Assembly: GCA_034006915.1 (NCBI GenBank)
Contig: JAVERW010000004.1
Location: 8,458-72,457, forward strand
Reading direction: 5' to 3'
Source of the DNA: Desulfuromonadaceae bacterium
GTDB lineage: Bacteria; Desulfobacterota; Desulfuromonadia; Desulfuromonadales; Desulfuromonadaceae
DNA: 64,000 nt
Below are positions 17,336 through 26,625 of this stretch, in pieces. How positions within the stretch are numbered: position 1 is the first letter of the stretch; each line of letters starts with the position of its first letter. A program made the position numbers and the translations under genes. Below the pieces are notes generated by a model. It had not been told where the DNA came from. It searched no databases and saw only the letters and a program-made list of their open reading frames with translations.

Positions 17336-17479
17336 TTGAGTCCATAGTGCCCTGGCAGTAAACAGTTTTTTCGATGAGGCGATATTCACCACATATAGCC
17401 TTATATTGCAACTGATGACAATAGATGATGACACCCATTATGTTTTTTGTTAATGTCGTTGTTGCATTACATATAAAAT

Positions 17480-17677
17480 AATCGGAATTGTGGAAGACGG
17501 TGAAAATCCGTCGCGGACCCGCCACTGTGTTCGGCGTTCATACGTCGTCAGTCAGACACACGACCGATTCATTTGTTCGTCCCGTCTTCGTGGTTATGAG
17601 ACGGCAGAACCAGATACGTGGATTAAATACGGAATCCCCGCAACCTCTATTGTCTATTGGTTGCGGGGATTTTTTTA
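17480..17677 (+). promoter_or_regulatory. cobalamin riboswitch (compact aptamer) with terminator expression platform, leader of the cob operon
   Basis: Core GGAAGACGGTGAAAATCCGTCGCGGACCCGCCACTGTG and a B12-box-like AGTCAGACACACGACCG. P1 is AATCGG (17480-17485) / CCGATT (17564-17569). A terminator hairpin follows. Confidence 0.8.
17634..17677 (+). terminator. riboswitch-controlled intrinsic terminator
   Basis: 12-bp stem ATCCCCGCAACC (17634-17645) / GGTTGCGGGGAT (17659-17670) followed by a T-run, 23 nt before the cobC ATG. Confidence 0.8.
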
Positions 17678-17699
17678 TGTTTGTGAAAGATACAGCCGG

Positions 17700-18308
17700 A
17701 TGAATAAGCACATCACCCTGATCAGACATGGCGCCATCGCCGCAAAACTGGACGCACTCTACATCGGTCGCAGTGATGTCCCCCTGAGTGCCGCGGGTCT
17801 GAACCAGGCTGAAGAGTTGATACAAAGAATGTCACAATCTGCCGCGCCTGCCATTGACCGCGTCTGGTGCAGCCCGGCACAGCGTGCGCTCCAAACCGCG
17901 CATCCCTTGTGCGAACACCTTGGATGTGCAGTCAGTATCGATCCACAGCTGCATGAAATTGATTTTGGCGCATGGGAAGGTCTTACCTTCGCGCAGATAC
18001 TTGAAAAGGATCCGCGCAAGGTTGATCAATGGGCGGAATTTGCACCCGGATTTTCCTTTCCGGGAGGTGAGTCACTGGCGCATTTTCATCAGCGGGTTAA
18101 ATCTGTCGCTGCAGCTATCCATGACGAAAAATGCAGTCATCTGACCATTGTCAGCCATGGTGGAGTGCTGCGCGGACTGATCTGTGCTCTGCTTCACTGG
18201 CCACTGCACGATCATCTTAAATTCACCCTCAGGCGCGCCGGCTATGCCACCCTGGAAACAGATGGTCCCCACGCTGTCCTCACGGGATTGTACAACCATG
18301 GCAAATAA
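17700..18308 (+). CDS. cobC: alpha-ribazole phosphatase (histidine phosphatase family)
   Basis: Start at ATG 17700 (MNKHITLIRHGAI...); the longer tracked ORF would run through the riboswitch. RHG motif. First gene of the cobCUTS block. Confidence 0.8.
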   Translation: MNKHITLIRHGAIAAKLDALYIGRSDVPLSAAGLNQAEELIQRMSQSAAPAIDRVWCSPAQRALQTAHPLCEHLGCAVSIDPQLHEIDFGAWEGLTFAQILEKDPRKVDQWAEFAPGFSFPGGESLAHFHQRVKSVAAAIHDEKCSHLTIVSHGGVLRGLICALLHWPLHDHLKFTLRRAGYATLETDGPHAVLTGLYNHGK

Positions 18309-18894
18309 AAGCTTAAGCAACCATCTGCTGTACATAAGTGGCGGTGCACGCAGCGGCAAAAGCAGCTATGCCGAGAAGCGCGCCTTGTCCCTTGCGGGTC
18401 CACATACATATGTCGCCACCTGTCCTGTCCTTGATGATGAGATGGTTGCGCGCATTGAACTCCACCGTCAGCGCCGTGCCGGAGATGGTTGGCATACCGT
18501 TGAAGAGCCCACAAATTTGGCAGCAGCTCTGAGTACCATCCAGGACGGCGGTGTAGTCCTGGTGGACTGCATCACCCTGTGGATCAACAATCTGCTGTAT
18601 CAGGCGGATATAAACAGTAAATCACTGTCCGAAGACTGGATGCAGACCACCACAGAAAACCTCATTGATGCCGCCCGTCGTGGGAAACGCACTGTGATTT
18701 TCGTTTCCAACGAACTAGGCATGGGCATTGTCCCGGCAGATGCCCTCTCGCGCAATTACCGCGATCTAGTGGGGCGCTGCAACCAGGTTCTGGCCGCCCA
18801 TGCGGATGAAGCTGTTTTTATGGTTTCCGGGCTGCCTTTAACACTTAAAAAAGCCATAAAGGAAGACATATGCCCTCAGTTTCCAAGGTGTTAA
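18298..18894 (+). CDS. cobU: adenosylcobinamide kinase / adenosylcobinamide-phosphate guanylyltransferase
   Basis: Start at ATG 18298 (MANKSLSNHLLYISGGARSGKSSYAE), which carries the P-loop. Size and context fit CobU/CobP. Confidence 0.85.
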   Translation: MANKSLSNHLLYISGGARSGKSSYAEKRALSLAGPHTYVATCPVLDDEMVARIELHRQRRAGDGWHTVEEPTNLAAALSTIQDGGVVLVDCITLWINNLLYQADINSKSLSEDWMQTTTENLIDAARRGKRTVIFVSNELGMGIVPADALSRNYRDLVGRCNQVLAAHADEAVFMVSGLPLTLKKAIKEDICPQFPRC

Positions 18895-19958
18895 TCGACA
18901 CCACCCTACAAGCGATCACTCCGGCTGACAACGGGGTGCGCCAACAGGCGCGCGCCCGCCTTGAAGAACTTGCCATCCCTCACTGGTCTCTGGGTCAGTT
19001 GATGGATATAGCTGAAGACCTTGCCGCTCTGACCCGTTCCATGAAGCCAACGGTTAAGCGCAAGTCCATCGCGGTTATGGCTGGAGACCACGGCATTGTC
19101 GCCGCCGGGGTAAGCAGGTTTCCCCAGGCTGTGACCGTGGAGATGGTTCGCAATTTTCTTAACGGCAACGCGAGTATTAACGCCTTCGCCCGTCACGTCG
19201 GTGCAGATCTTGTGGTGGTCGACGCCGGAGTTGCCGGAGATCTGACGGAGTTGTATCAGCATAAAGGTCTATGGAACCGTAAAGTAGCTGAGGGCACGGC
19301 CGATTTTTCTCAGGGCCCGTCCATGAGCAGAGATCAGGCGATCCAGTCTATCGAAGTCGGCATTGAGATTGCCAATCATCTCGCGGATACCACGGATCTC
19401 TACGCTACCGGCGACATGGGTATCGGCAACACCAGCCCCTCCAGCGCCATCATCGCCACTCTGTGCGGCTGCGATATAGCTACAGCCACTGGCCGCGGCA
19501 CCGGCCTGGATGATGAGGCGCTGAATAATAAAATCGCCGTGCTCGACAGGGCCCTGGCCCTGAATCAGCCAGACCCCGATGACGGCCTTGACGTGCTCGC
19601 GAAGGTTGGGGGATTTGAGATCGGTGCCATTGCCGGGTTGATTCTTGGTGCCGCAGCACAGCGCAAGCCCGTGGTGATCGACGGCATCATCTCCACCGCC
19701 GCAGCGCTGGTAGCCGCCAGCATATCTCCGGCAAGCCGTGATTACATGATCGCCGGCCACTGTAGTGTGGAACCGGGGCACCGCATCGCTTTGGAACACC
19801 TGAAAAAGAAACCATTGCTTGACCTGCAGATGCGCCTCGGCGAAGGGACCGGCGCGGCCCTGGCCATGAACCTGGTCGAAGCGGCCGTAGCGGTGCTCAC
19901 CGAAATCGCTACCTTTGAGGAAGCCTGCGTATCCCAGGCCGGGAAAACCAACGAATAG
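18870..19958 (+). CDS. cobT: nicotinate-nucleotide--dimethylbenzimidazole phosphoribosyltransferase
   Basis: 362 aa. Contains the GDMGIGNTSPSSAI signature. AAGGAAG lies ahead of the ATG. Confidence 0.88.
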   Translation: MPSVSKVLIDTTLQAITPADNGVRQQARARLEELAIPHWSLGQLMDIAEDLAALTRSMKPTVKRKSIAVMAGDHGIVAAGVSRFPQAVTVEMVRNFLNGNASINAFARHVGADLVVVDAGVAGDLTELYQHKGLWNRKVAEGTADFSQGPSMSRDQAIQSIEVGIEIANHLADTTDLYATGDMGIGNTSPSSAIIATLCGCDIATATGRGTGLDDEALNNKIAVLDRALALNQPDPDDGLDVLAKVGGFEIGAIAGLILGAAAQRKPVVIDGIISTAAALVAASISPASRDYMIAGHCSVEPGHRIALEHLKKKPLLDLQMRLGEGTGAALAMNLVEAAVAVLTEIATFEEACVSQAGKTNE

Positions 19959-19970
19959 AGAGCATCAAGC

Positions 19971-20726
19971 ATGAAACCATTCTTTGCCGCCCTCAGCTTT
20001 CTCACCATTGTGCGTGTACCTTACGCCTGGTGCGAAGATGATGCCGCACTGTCCCGCAGCCTTAACTGGTATGCGGTGATCGGACTGCTCATCGGTCTGA
20101 CTATGGCACTGCTTGATCATGTACTTTGTGCATTGTTGCCTGGGACTCTGCTGCCCAGCGCCCTGCTGGTGGTAGCGCTGATCGGCGTCAGCGGTGGCCT
20201 ACATATAGACGGGGTAGCCGACAGCGCCGACGCCTTTATGAGCTCGCGTGATCGTGACACCATGTTGACTATCATGAAGGACAGCCGTGTCGGCGCCATG
20301 GGCGCGCTGACTAGTGCGGGTCTGCTACTGCTCAAATTTACCGCCCTCGCTTCGCTGGCCGGTGATGCCCGTTCGGCGGTGATCCTGCTCACCCCGCTGG
20401 CTGGACGTGTTGCTCTGGTGCTCCCCTTGGTCAATCAGCCCTACGCCCGTCCTGGAGGGCTGGCATCCATAACTCACGAGCAGGCCACACCACGCCATGC
20501 CTGGCTCGCTTCCTCACTGTTGGCAGTGACAGCCCTAGTGGCGCTGCACGGTAGCGGCCTTATCATCGCCGCCATGGTTTTAGTGGCCACGCTGCTGTTC
20601 GGCCGTTACTGCCGCGGCAAGATCGGCGGTTTTACCGGCGATACCCTCGGCGCCACCTGTGAATTGGCCGAACTGGTTACCATTATCGCGGCGTTGCTGG
20701 TACTCTCTCATGGAGGACTATCATGA
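19971..20726 (+). CDS. cobS: adenosylcobinamide-GDP ribazoletransferase (cobalamin synthase)
   Basis: 251-aa polytopic membrane protein with the GLHIDGVADSADAF motif. Confidence 0.88.
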   Translation: MKPFFAALSFLTIVRVPYAWCEDDAALSRSLNWYAVIGLLIGLTMALLDHVLCALLPGTLLPSALLVVALIGVSGGLHIDGVADSADAFMSSRDRDTMLTIMKDSRVGAMGALTSAGLLLLKFTALASLAGDARSAVILLTPLAGRVALVLPLVNQPYARPGGLASITHEQATPRHAWLASSLLAVTALVALHGSGLIIAAMVLVATLLFGRYCRGKIGGFTGDTLGATCELAELVTIIAALLVLSHGGLS

Positions 20727-23323
20727 CGCCGAATCAGCCCCGCCATCAGCACGGCGGCAACCTTACCGCCCTCAGTCAACGCAGTGGCCTGGAGGCCGAC
20801 GAACTGGTGGATTTTTCTGCCAACCTCAACCCGCTAGGGCCACCGGAGTGGCTGCGGCCACTGATCAGCGCCAACATCAGCGACCTCGCCCACTATCCTG
20901 ATCCGCACTGTACTGCGCTGACCCAAACGGTGGCTGAGCGTTTTGGCACCGACCCGGCCCAAGTACTGATCGGCAACGGAGCCAGCGAATTGCTCCATCT
21001 GCTGATACGCGGGCTGTCCAGGACACGCCTGGTGGTACCGGTGCCCAGCTATGCCGATTACGCTGAAGTGGCGCGTCTCTATGGCATGCACGTCGAGCCC
21101 GTTGCTTTAAATGAAAGCAACGGCTTTGCCCTGCAGATGGATCTCCTCGAAGCGTGTTTAGATGAAGACCATGTCGCCGATACCCTGGTGATCCTGGGTC
21201 AGCCAAACAACCCCACCGGAACACAGCTGGACGTGAATGATGTGCGCGGTTTAGCCCGGCGTCATCCGCAAACCTCGTTTCTCATCGACGAATCATTCCT
21301 CGATCTCAGCGATGCGCCTACCAGCCTCGGTCATGAGCGGCCGGATAACGTCATAGTCATGCAGTCGCTTACCAAAACCTATGCCATCCCCGGACTGCGC
21401 CTCGGCATGGCTCTCGGCGCTGCCGAACTCATGGCACACTGTCGTTGCCTGCAACCATTGTGGAGCGTCAATACCCTGGCACAAAAGGTGGGCCGGGCCG
21501 CTCTGGCTGATGACGAATACCGCCAACGCAGCCGCGCCTTTGTGCGTGACCAGCGCCAGGCGTTACATGAACTATTGGAGAAACTGCCGGCCATCACCGT
21601 GTTTCCCGGTAGCGCCAATTTCCTCCTCTGCCGCCTCGAGCATCCCCAGCTCAATGCCGTGCAGTTGACGGATAAGGCCCTGCGCCAGGGTATTGCCCTG
21701 CGTGCCTGCGATAACTTTGCCGGACTCGATGATCGCTTCTTCCGCGTTGCCGTGCGTCCAGCCGCGGAACAACTGCAGCTGGAACAGATGCTCAGCACTC
21801 TGCTTGCCCCGCGTCGGGCTATAGCAAAAAAATGCAAAACACCAGCTATCATGTTCCAGGGCACCGGCTCCAATGCCGGCAAAAGCGTGCTCACCGCCGC
21901 CCTGTGCCGTATCCTTCATCAGGATGGCTACGATGTGGCACCGTTCAAGGCGCAGAACATGTCGCTTAACTCCTTTGTCACATGTAGCGGCGGCGAGATG
22001 GGGCGCGCCCAGGTGATGCAGGCGCAGGCCTGCCGCCTCGACCCGGATGTACGCATGAACCCGGTACTGCTCAAACCCAACAGCGACACCGGATCGCAGA
22101 TCATCATCCACGGCAAAGCGGTCGGGTCACTGCATTTTCGTGCCTATGCCGAGCAGAAGCGCGATGTCTTCGAGCAGGTCAAGCGCAGCTACACCAGTCT
22201 GGCTGCGGAACACCAGGTGATAGTGCTCGAAGGTGCGGGGAGCCCGGCGGAGATCAATCTCAAATCCGGGGATATCGTCAACATGAACATGGCGCGCTAT
22301 GCCGAGGCGCCGGTACTTCTGGTGGGAGATATCGACCGCGGCGGCGTATTCGCCTCGTTCGTTGGCACCATGGAACTGCTCAACGAAACGGAGCGCAATC
22401 AGGTGGCCGGATTTGTCATCAACCGTTTTCGCGGCGACGCCTCCCTGCTCGGCAGCGCTTTCGACGCGACCTTGGGCCACACCGGGCGCCCGGTACTCGG
22501 GGTGGTTCCCTATCTGGAGCGTCTCGGCCTACCGGAGGAGGATTCGGTGTCATTCAAACAGGGAACGCTTCATGCTGCAGATGATCCGATCAGCGGCGAT
22601 TGCCTCGATATCGCCGTCATCGATCTGCCGCATATCTCCAACTTTACCGATGTCGACCCGCTGAGCATCGAGCCGGATGTGCGGGTGCGAATAGTCCGAC
22701 GTGCCGACCAGTTGGACCGCCCTGACGCGATAATAATCCCCGGCAGCAAGAATGTCGCTGCGGATATGCTCCATCTGCGCAGTTCCGGGATCGAGAATAA
22801 ATTGCACCAGCTCGCCGATGATGACCACTGTGAGATCATCGGCATCTGCGGCGGCTTCCAGATGCTCGGCACTACCCTGCGTGACCCCCACGCCATTGAA
22901 GGAACCAATACATCCATGGCGGGCCTTGGCCTTCTTCCCCTTGATACCTGTCTGGAACCGGACAAAACCACGGTGCAGACCCGCTGCCGTCATCTCCCTT
23001 CAGGACATGACCTGATCGGCTATGAGATCCACCACGGGCGCACCACAACGACCGGGATGCAGCCGGTGGCGCGCAATGCAAAGGGAGAGTTAATCGGCGG
23101 AGCCATGCGCGGGGGTCGTGTGTGGGGCACCTATCTGCACGGGATGTTCGATGCCGATCCGTTCCGGCGCTGGTTTATCGACAAATTGCGCCAGCGCCGC
23201 GGCTGGCTGTGTGATGGTCGCATCCGCGCCTGTTATGATCTGGAGCCTGCTTTTGATCGCCTTGCCGACACGGTACGCGCCGCCCTCGACATGGAAAGCA
23301 TATACCGGAGGATCGGTCTGTGA
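20723..23323 (+). CDS. cobD-cobQ: fusion of threonine-phosphate decarboxylase (Salmonella CobD type) and cobyric acid synthase (CobQ/CbiP)
   Basis: 866 aa. The N-terminal half HGGNLTALSQRSGLEADELVDFSANLNPLGPPEWL is a class I/II aminotransferase fold. The C-terminal half begins AIMFQGTGSNAGKSVLTAALCRIL...APFKAQNMSLNS and ends in a glutaminase domain (GICGGFQMLG). Confidence 0.85.
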   Translation: MTPNQPRHQHGGNLTALSQRSGLEADELVDFSANLNPLGPPEWLRPLISANISDLAHYPDPHCTALTQTVAERFGTDPAQVLIGNGASELLHLLIRGLSRTRLVVPVPSYADYAEVARLYGMHVEPVALNESNGFALQMDLLEACLDEDHVADTLVILGQPNNPTGTQLDVNDVRGLARRHPQTSFLIDESFLDLSDAPTSLGHERPDNVIVMQSLTKTYAIPGLRLGMALGAAELMAHCRCLQPLWSVNTLAQKVGRAALADDEYRQRSRAFVRDQRQALHELLEKLPAITVFPGSANFLLCRLEHPQLNAVQLTDKALRQGIALRACDNFAGLDDRFFRVAVRPAAEQLQLEQMLSTLLAPRRAIAKKCKTPAIMFQGTGSNAGKSVLTAALCRILHQDGYDVAPFKAQNMSLNSFVTCSGGEMGRAQVMQAQACRLDPDVRMNPVLLKPNSDTGSQIIIHGKAVGSLHFRAYAEQKRDVFEQVKRSYTSLAAEHQVIVLEGAGSPAEINLKSGDIVNMNMARYAEAPVLLVGDIDRGGVFASFVGTMELLNETERNQVAGFVINRFRGDASLLGSAFDATLGHTGRPVLGVVPYLERLGLPEEDSVSFKQGTLHAADDPISGDCLDIAVIDLPHISNFTDVDPLSIEPDVRVRIVRRADQLDRPDAIIIPGSKNVAADMLHLRSSGIENKLHQLADDDHCEIIGICGGFQMLGTTLRDPHAIEGTNTSMAGLGLLPLDTCLEPDKTTVQTRCRHLPSGHDLIGYEIHHGRTTTTGMQPVARNAKGELIGGAMRGGRVWGTYLHGMFDADPFRRWFIDKLRQRRGWLCDGRIRACYDLEPAFDRLADTVRAALDMESIYRRIGL

Positions 23324-24294
23324 TGCCGCTGTGGATACATATACTCGCTGCCCTGATCCTTGATGCCATGTGCGGCGATCCTCGGCGCTGGCCCCATCCG
23401 GTGCAGGCAATCGGGCACACTGCCCAGAGGCTGGAAGTCCCACTGCGGCGTCATTTGGACGATGATTTTCGCGCCGGGCTGGTCACGGTGGTGGTGATTG
23501 TCGGCGGTAGCGCCTTGGTCATAGCCGGGCTGATCCACGGAGCGGCAGCCATTCATCCGCTTCTCGGCGATGGGCTCGCGATCATTATCCTCTACACTAC
23601 CTTCGCAGGGCGCAGCCTCAGCGATCACGCCCGTGCCGTGCAGCAACCACTACTGCAGCGCGATCTGCCTGCGGCCCGCGTCCAGATTGCCCGTCTGGTG
23701 GGCCGCGATACGGACCAGCTGGGCGAAGCCGAGATCAGTCGCGCCACTGTAGAGAGTGTGGCCGAAAATACCGTGGACGGTGTCACAGCACCACTGCTGT
23801 TTGCCGTGGTTGGAGGGCCGGTGGCAGCCATGGTCTACAAGGCGATTAACACCCTAGATTCCACCTTCGGCTACAAGAACGAGCGCTATGTGCATTTCGG
23901 GCGTGCCGCCGCACGCCTCGACGACGCGGCCAATTTTATTCCGGCGCGTCTCACCGCGCTTATCTCCATTCCGGCGGCGGCTTTGGCGGGGCTTGATGCA
24001 CGCAATGCTTGGCGCATTTTTCGGCGCGACCGCCACAACCACCCAAGCCCCAATGGCGGACAGATTGAGTCCGCCTTTTCCGGGGCACTGCATGTGCGCC
24101 TCGGCGGCGAAAACCACTATTTCGGCCGTCCATCTTTTCGCCCTTATCTCGGCGATGCCGATCAGACGCTGAGCGCGTGGCACATCAGTGCAGCCCTGCG
24201 TCTGATGATCTGGACTACTGTCCTGATCACCGTGTTCGGCCTAGTCGGAAGATCTCTGTTTACAGCCTTTTGCAGCGGAAGTTTCACCCCATGA
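23320..24294 (+). CDS. cbiB: adenosylcobinamide-phosphate synthase
   Basis: Membrane protein. N-terminus ILAALILDAMCGDPRRWPHPVQAIG is typical of CbiB. Confidence 0.85.
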   Translation: MMPLWIHILAALILDAMCGDPRRWPHPVQAIGHTAQRLEVPLRRHLDDDFRAGLVTVVVIVGGSALVIAGLIHGAAAIHPLLGDGLAIIILYTTFAGRSLSDHARAVQQPLLQRDLPAARVQIARLVGRDTDQLGEAEISRATVESVAENTVDGVTAPLLFAVVGGPVAAMVYKAINTLDSTFGYKNERYVHFGRAAARLDDAANFIPARLTALISIPAAALAGLDARNAWRIFRRDRHNHPSPNGGQIESAFSGALHVRLGGENHYFGRPSFRPYLGDADQTLSAWHISAALRLMIWTTVLITVFGLVGRSLFTAFCSGSFTP

Positions 24295-25004
24295 CCTCAT
24301 CTCAAAATCCGCCATCCACAGCACGACCATTGGTCTACGATCTCTATGCTCAACCAGTCAGTGGCGTGGAGATCGAACGTCGCTCGTTTGCCGCCATCGA
24401 CGCCGAGGCCGATTGCAGCGGTTTCACTGACGCGCAATGGCAGGTTGTGCGCCGACTCATCCATACCACAGCAGATTTCAGTCTTGCCGAGCAGATTCGC
24501 TTCAGTGATGACGCTTTCAGCTCCTGCGCCGCAGCCTTGCAACGTGAGGACACGCTGTACGCCGACAGCAACATGATCCGCTCCGGGCTTTCGGTGGCGC
24601 GCCTGCAGCAGATTTCTCCCGGTTACGAGCGCGAGAGCATCCTGTGCCATGTTGCTGATGCCGATGTAGCCAGCCAGGCAAGAAATAGCGGCCTGCCGCG
24701 TTCACTCTTTGCCGTGCGCAAGGCCGCGCCCCACCTCGATGGTGGCATTATTCTCATCGGGAATGCTCCGGTGGCGCTCCTGGAGCTCAACCGCCTGATT
24801 CTGGAGGAGGGGGTGCGCCCGGCGCTGGTGATCGGCATGCCCGTGGGGTTCGTCCATGTGCAGGAAAGCAAGGAAGAACTCAAGAACACCGGAGTGCCCT
24901 ATATTGTGATTAATGGACGGCGTGGCGGAAGCCCGCTGGCTGTAGCCTGTCTGCACGCACTCTGCGCTCTGACGCAGAAACAGGATTATCCCCTGACTGT
25001 ATAA
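24291..25004 (+). CDS. cbiC: cobalt-precorrin-8 methylmutase
   Basis: Start at ATG 24291 (ATGA overlap with cbiB). RRLIHTTADFSL motif. Confidence 0.85.
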   Translation: MTSSQNPPSTARPLVYDLYAQPVSGVEIERRSFAAIDAEADCSGFTDAQWQVVRRLIHTTADFSLAEQIRFSDDAFSSCAAALQREDTLYADSNMIRSGLSVARLQQISPGYERESILCHVADADVASQARNSGLPRSLFAVRKAAPHLDGGIILIGNAPVALLELNRLILEEGVRPALVIGMPVGFVHVQESKEELKNTGVPYIVINGRRGGSPLAVACLHALCALTQKQDYPLTV

Positions 25005-25033
25005 AACCCGTTTTTTCTTAGATTGGAGGCATC

Positions 25034-25837
25034 ATGTCGAGCGCATCTGCCAACGCAACCAACAGCAAACAACGTCCGGTCATCGTCCTGGTCGCCTTCG
25101 GTACCTCGGTGGATGAAGCCCGTCAGGTATTTGATTTCATCGACACCCGCGCACGCCAGCGCTATCCCGACCACGAGATTGAATGGGCCTTCACCTCGCA
25201 ATTCATTATAAACAAACTCAAACGGCGCGGGATAGTCACCCGTACTGTCGCTGAAGTGATCGCCGGGCTACGGACGCGTGGGGTTAGGCAGGTTGCGATT
25301 CAAAGTCTGCATGTGGTACCGGGGCAGGAATATCACATCATCCCCGCTACCGACACCAGGGGGTTAGAAGTGGCTTTTGGTGCACCTCTGCTGACCAATG
25401 AGGCTGATATAGAGGTGACCATTGATGCCCTGGCCCCGGAAATTGATCCAGAAGCGGCCACGGTGGTTGTCGCCCACGGTAACAATAAACATCCCGAATT
25501 CAATGTCCAGGTGGAAACATTTGCCCATGCAATTGAAGAACGCTATCCCAACCTGAATGTTGCGAGTGTCGAAGGCACACCGGGAACCAGAGGGCTGGAA
25601 GCCATCAAAGCCAGGCAGCCGCGCCAGGTTCATTTTATCCCCCTGATGATCGTAGCCGGAGACCATATCCTGAATGATGTCCTCGGTGACGAAGAGGAGA
25701 GCTGGAAAAACATTATTCAGGCTCCGATGAACACATGCAGCCGATCTCTGGGTTGGAATCCGGCCATTCTGGAGATCTACTTTGAACATCTCGATCAGGC
25801 TTTGAACAGCCTGGAGGAAAAATCGGTACAGTCATGA
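25034..25837 (+). CDS. cbiK: sirohydrochlorin cobaltochelatase (anaerobic pathway)
   Basis: Colinear with Salmonella CbiK: VLVAFGTS..., AFTS..I..KL, AIQSLHVVPGQEY, PLMIVAGDHILND, SW. Confidence 0.85.
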   Translation: MSSASANATNSKQRPVIVLVAFGTSVDEARQVFDFIDTRARQRYPDHEIEWAFTSQFIINKLKRRGIVTRTVAEVIAGLRTRGVRQVAIQSLHVVPGQEYHIIPATDTRGLEVAFGAPLLTNEADIEVTIDALAPEIDPEAATVVVAHGNNKHPEFNVQVETFAHAIEERYPNLNVASVEGTPGTRGLEAIKARQPRQVHFIPLMIVAGDHILNDVLGDEEESWKNIIQAPMNTCSRSLGWNPAILEIYFEHLDQALNSLEEKSVQS

Positions 25838-26625
25838 CGAAGGCAGAAATATACAAGGCTGATGCAGGGGATAACATCACAGGCATGTCTCCCAGGGCAG
25901 GACACTTTTACGCCGTAGGTATTGGTCCAGGTTCTCCTGACCTTCTTACTATCCGTGCTGCAAAACTGGTGGAGAAATGTGATGTGATTCTGGCACCCCA
26001 GGCCAAAAACTCTGCCAAGAGTCTCGCCATTGAAGCGGTGCGACCATTTCTTAGCGATCAGGAAATTACCATACTTAACTACCCCATGGAGCGCAACGAG
26101 CGCAACACCCGCCAGCGCTGGCAGAACCTGGCTAACGATGTGGTAAATCATTGCGCTGCCGGTCAATCTGTAGTCCAGGTGACCCTCGGCGATCCACTGA
26201 TCTTTGCCACCAGCTCTTACCTGTTGCAGTCCCTTGCCGATCATATGCCCGCCGACCACCTGCACGTGGTGCCGGGGATCAGCGCTTTCCAGACCTCGGC
26301 CAGCCGCTTTGCCGAAGTGCTGACGCTGCAGGAGGACCGTCTAACCCTGATGTCTGCCACCAATCTCGACGCGGTAGACCAGGCCCTAGACCATTGCGAA
26401 ACCCTGGTGCTGTACAAAGCTGGCGGATGCATTGAAGCCCTGATGGCTCTGCTGCGTCGACGCAACCTGCTCAGCCAAGCACGCCTGGTGAGTTGCGGTG
26501 AGCAGGGGGATCACGAACTGCTGGTCAAGGATTTGAGTCAATGGCCCATGAAACCATTGAGCTACATGACCACGCTGATAGTCAGGATAGGGCAACGCGG
26601 CTGGCAGGAGGATGCCACGGCATGA
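25834..26625 (+). CDS. cbiL: cobalt-factor-II (precorrin-2) C20-methyltransferase, copy 1
   Basis: TP-methylase fold; FYAVGIGPGSPDLLTIRAAKLVEKCDVILAP is CbiL/CobI-like. Confidence 0.7.
   Translation: MTKAEIYKADAGDNITGMSPRAGHFYAVGIGPGSPDLLTIRAAKLVEKCDVILAPQAKNSAKSLAIEAVRPFLSDQEITILNYPMERNERNTRQRWQNLANDVVNHCAAGQSVVQVTLGDPLIFATSSYLLQSLADHMPADHLHVVPGISAFQTSASRFAEVLTLQEDRLTLMSATNLDAVDQALDHCETLVLYKAGGCIEALMALLRRRNLLSQARLVSCGEQGDHELLVKDLSQWPMKPLSYMTTLIVRIGQRGWQEDATA

Noticed and set aside
17163-17525. 120-aa minus-strand ORF
   Set aside because: It runs through AT-rich junction DNA and into the cobalamin riboswitch aptamer. It has no motif and is more likely non-coding.
17490-17699. Long N-terminal extension of cobC given by the ORF track (start 17490)
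   Set aside because: It would translate through the riboswitch and its terminator. ATG 17700 gives the canonical MNKHITLIRHG start. Similar upstream extensions were trimmed for cobU (18184), cbiC (24177), cbiD (26541), cobA-cobO (32176), btuB (35567), btuD (39770) and others.
21379-21894. Long antisense ORFs across the cob operon (also 20877-21224, 21572-22111, 26708-27301, 28459-28971, 29068-29619, 31142-31693 and others)
   Set aside because: These are typical stop-poor antisense frames of GC-rich coding DNA. They give Arg/Ala/Gly-rich low-complexity products, and each overlaps a gene with clear family motifs.
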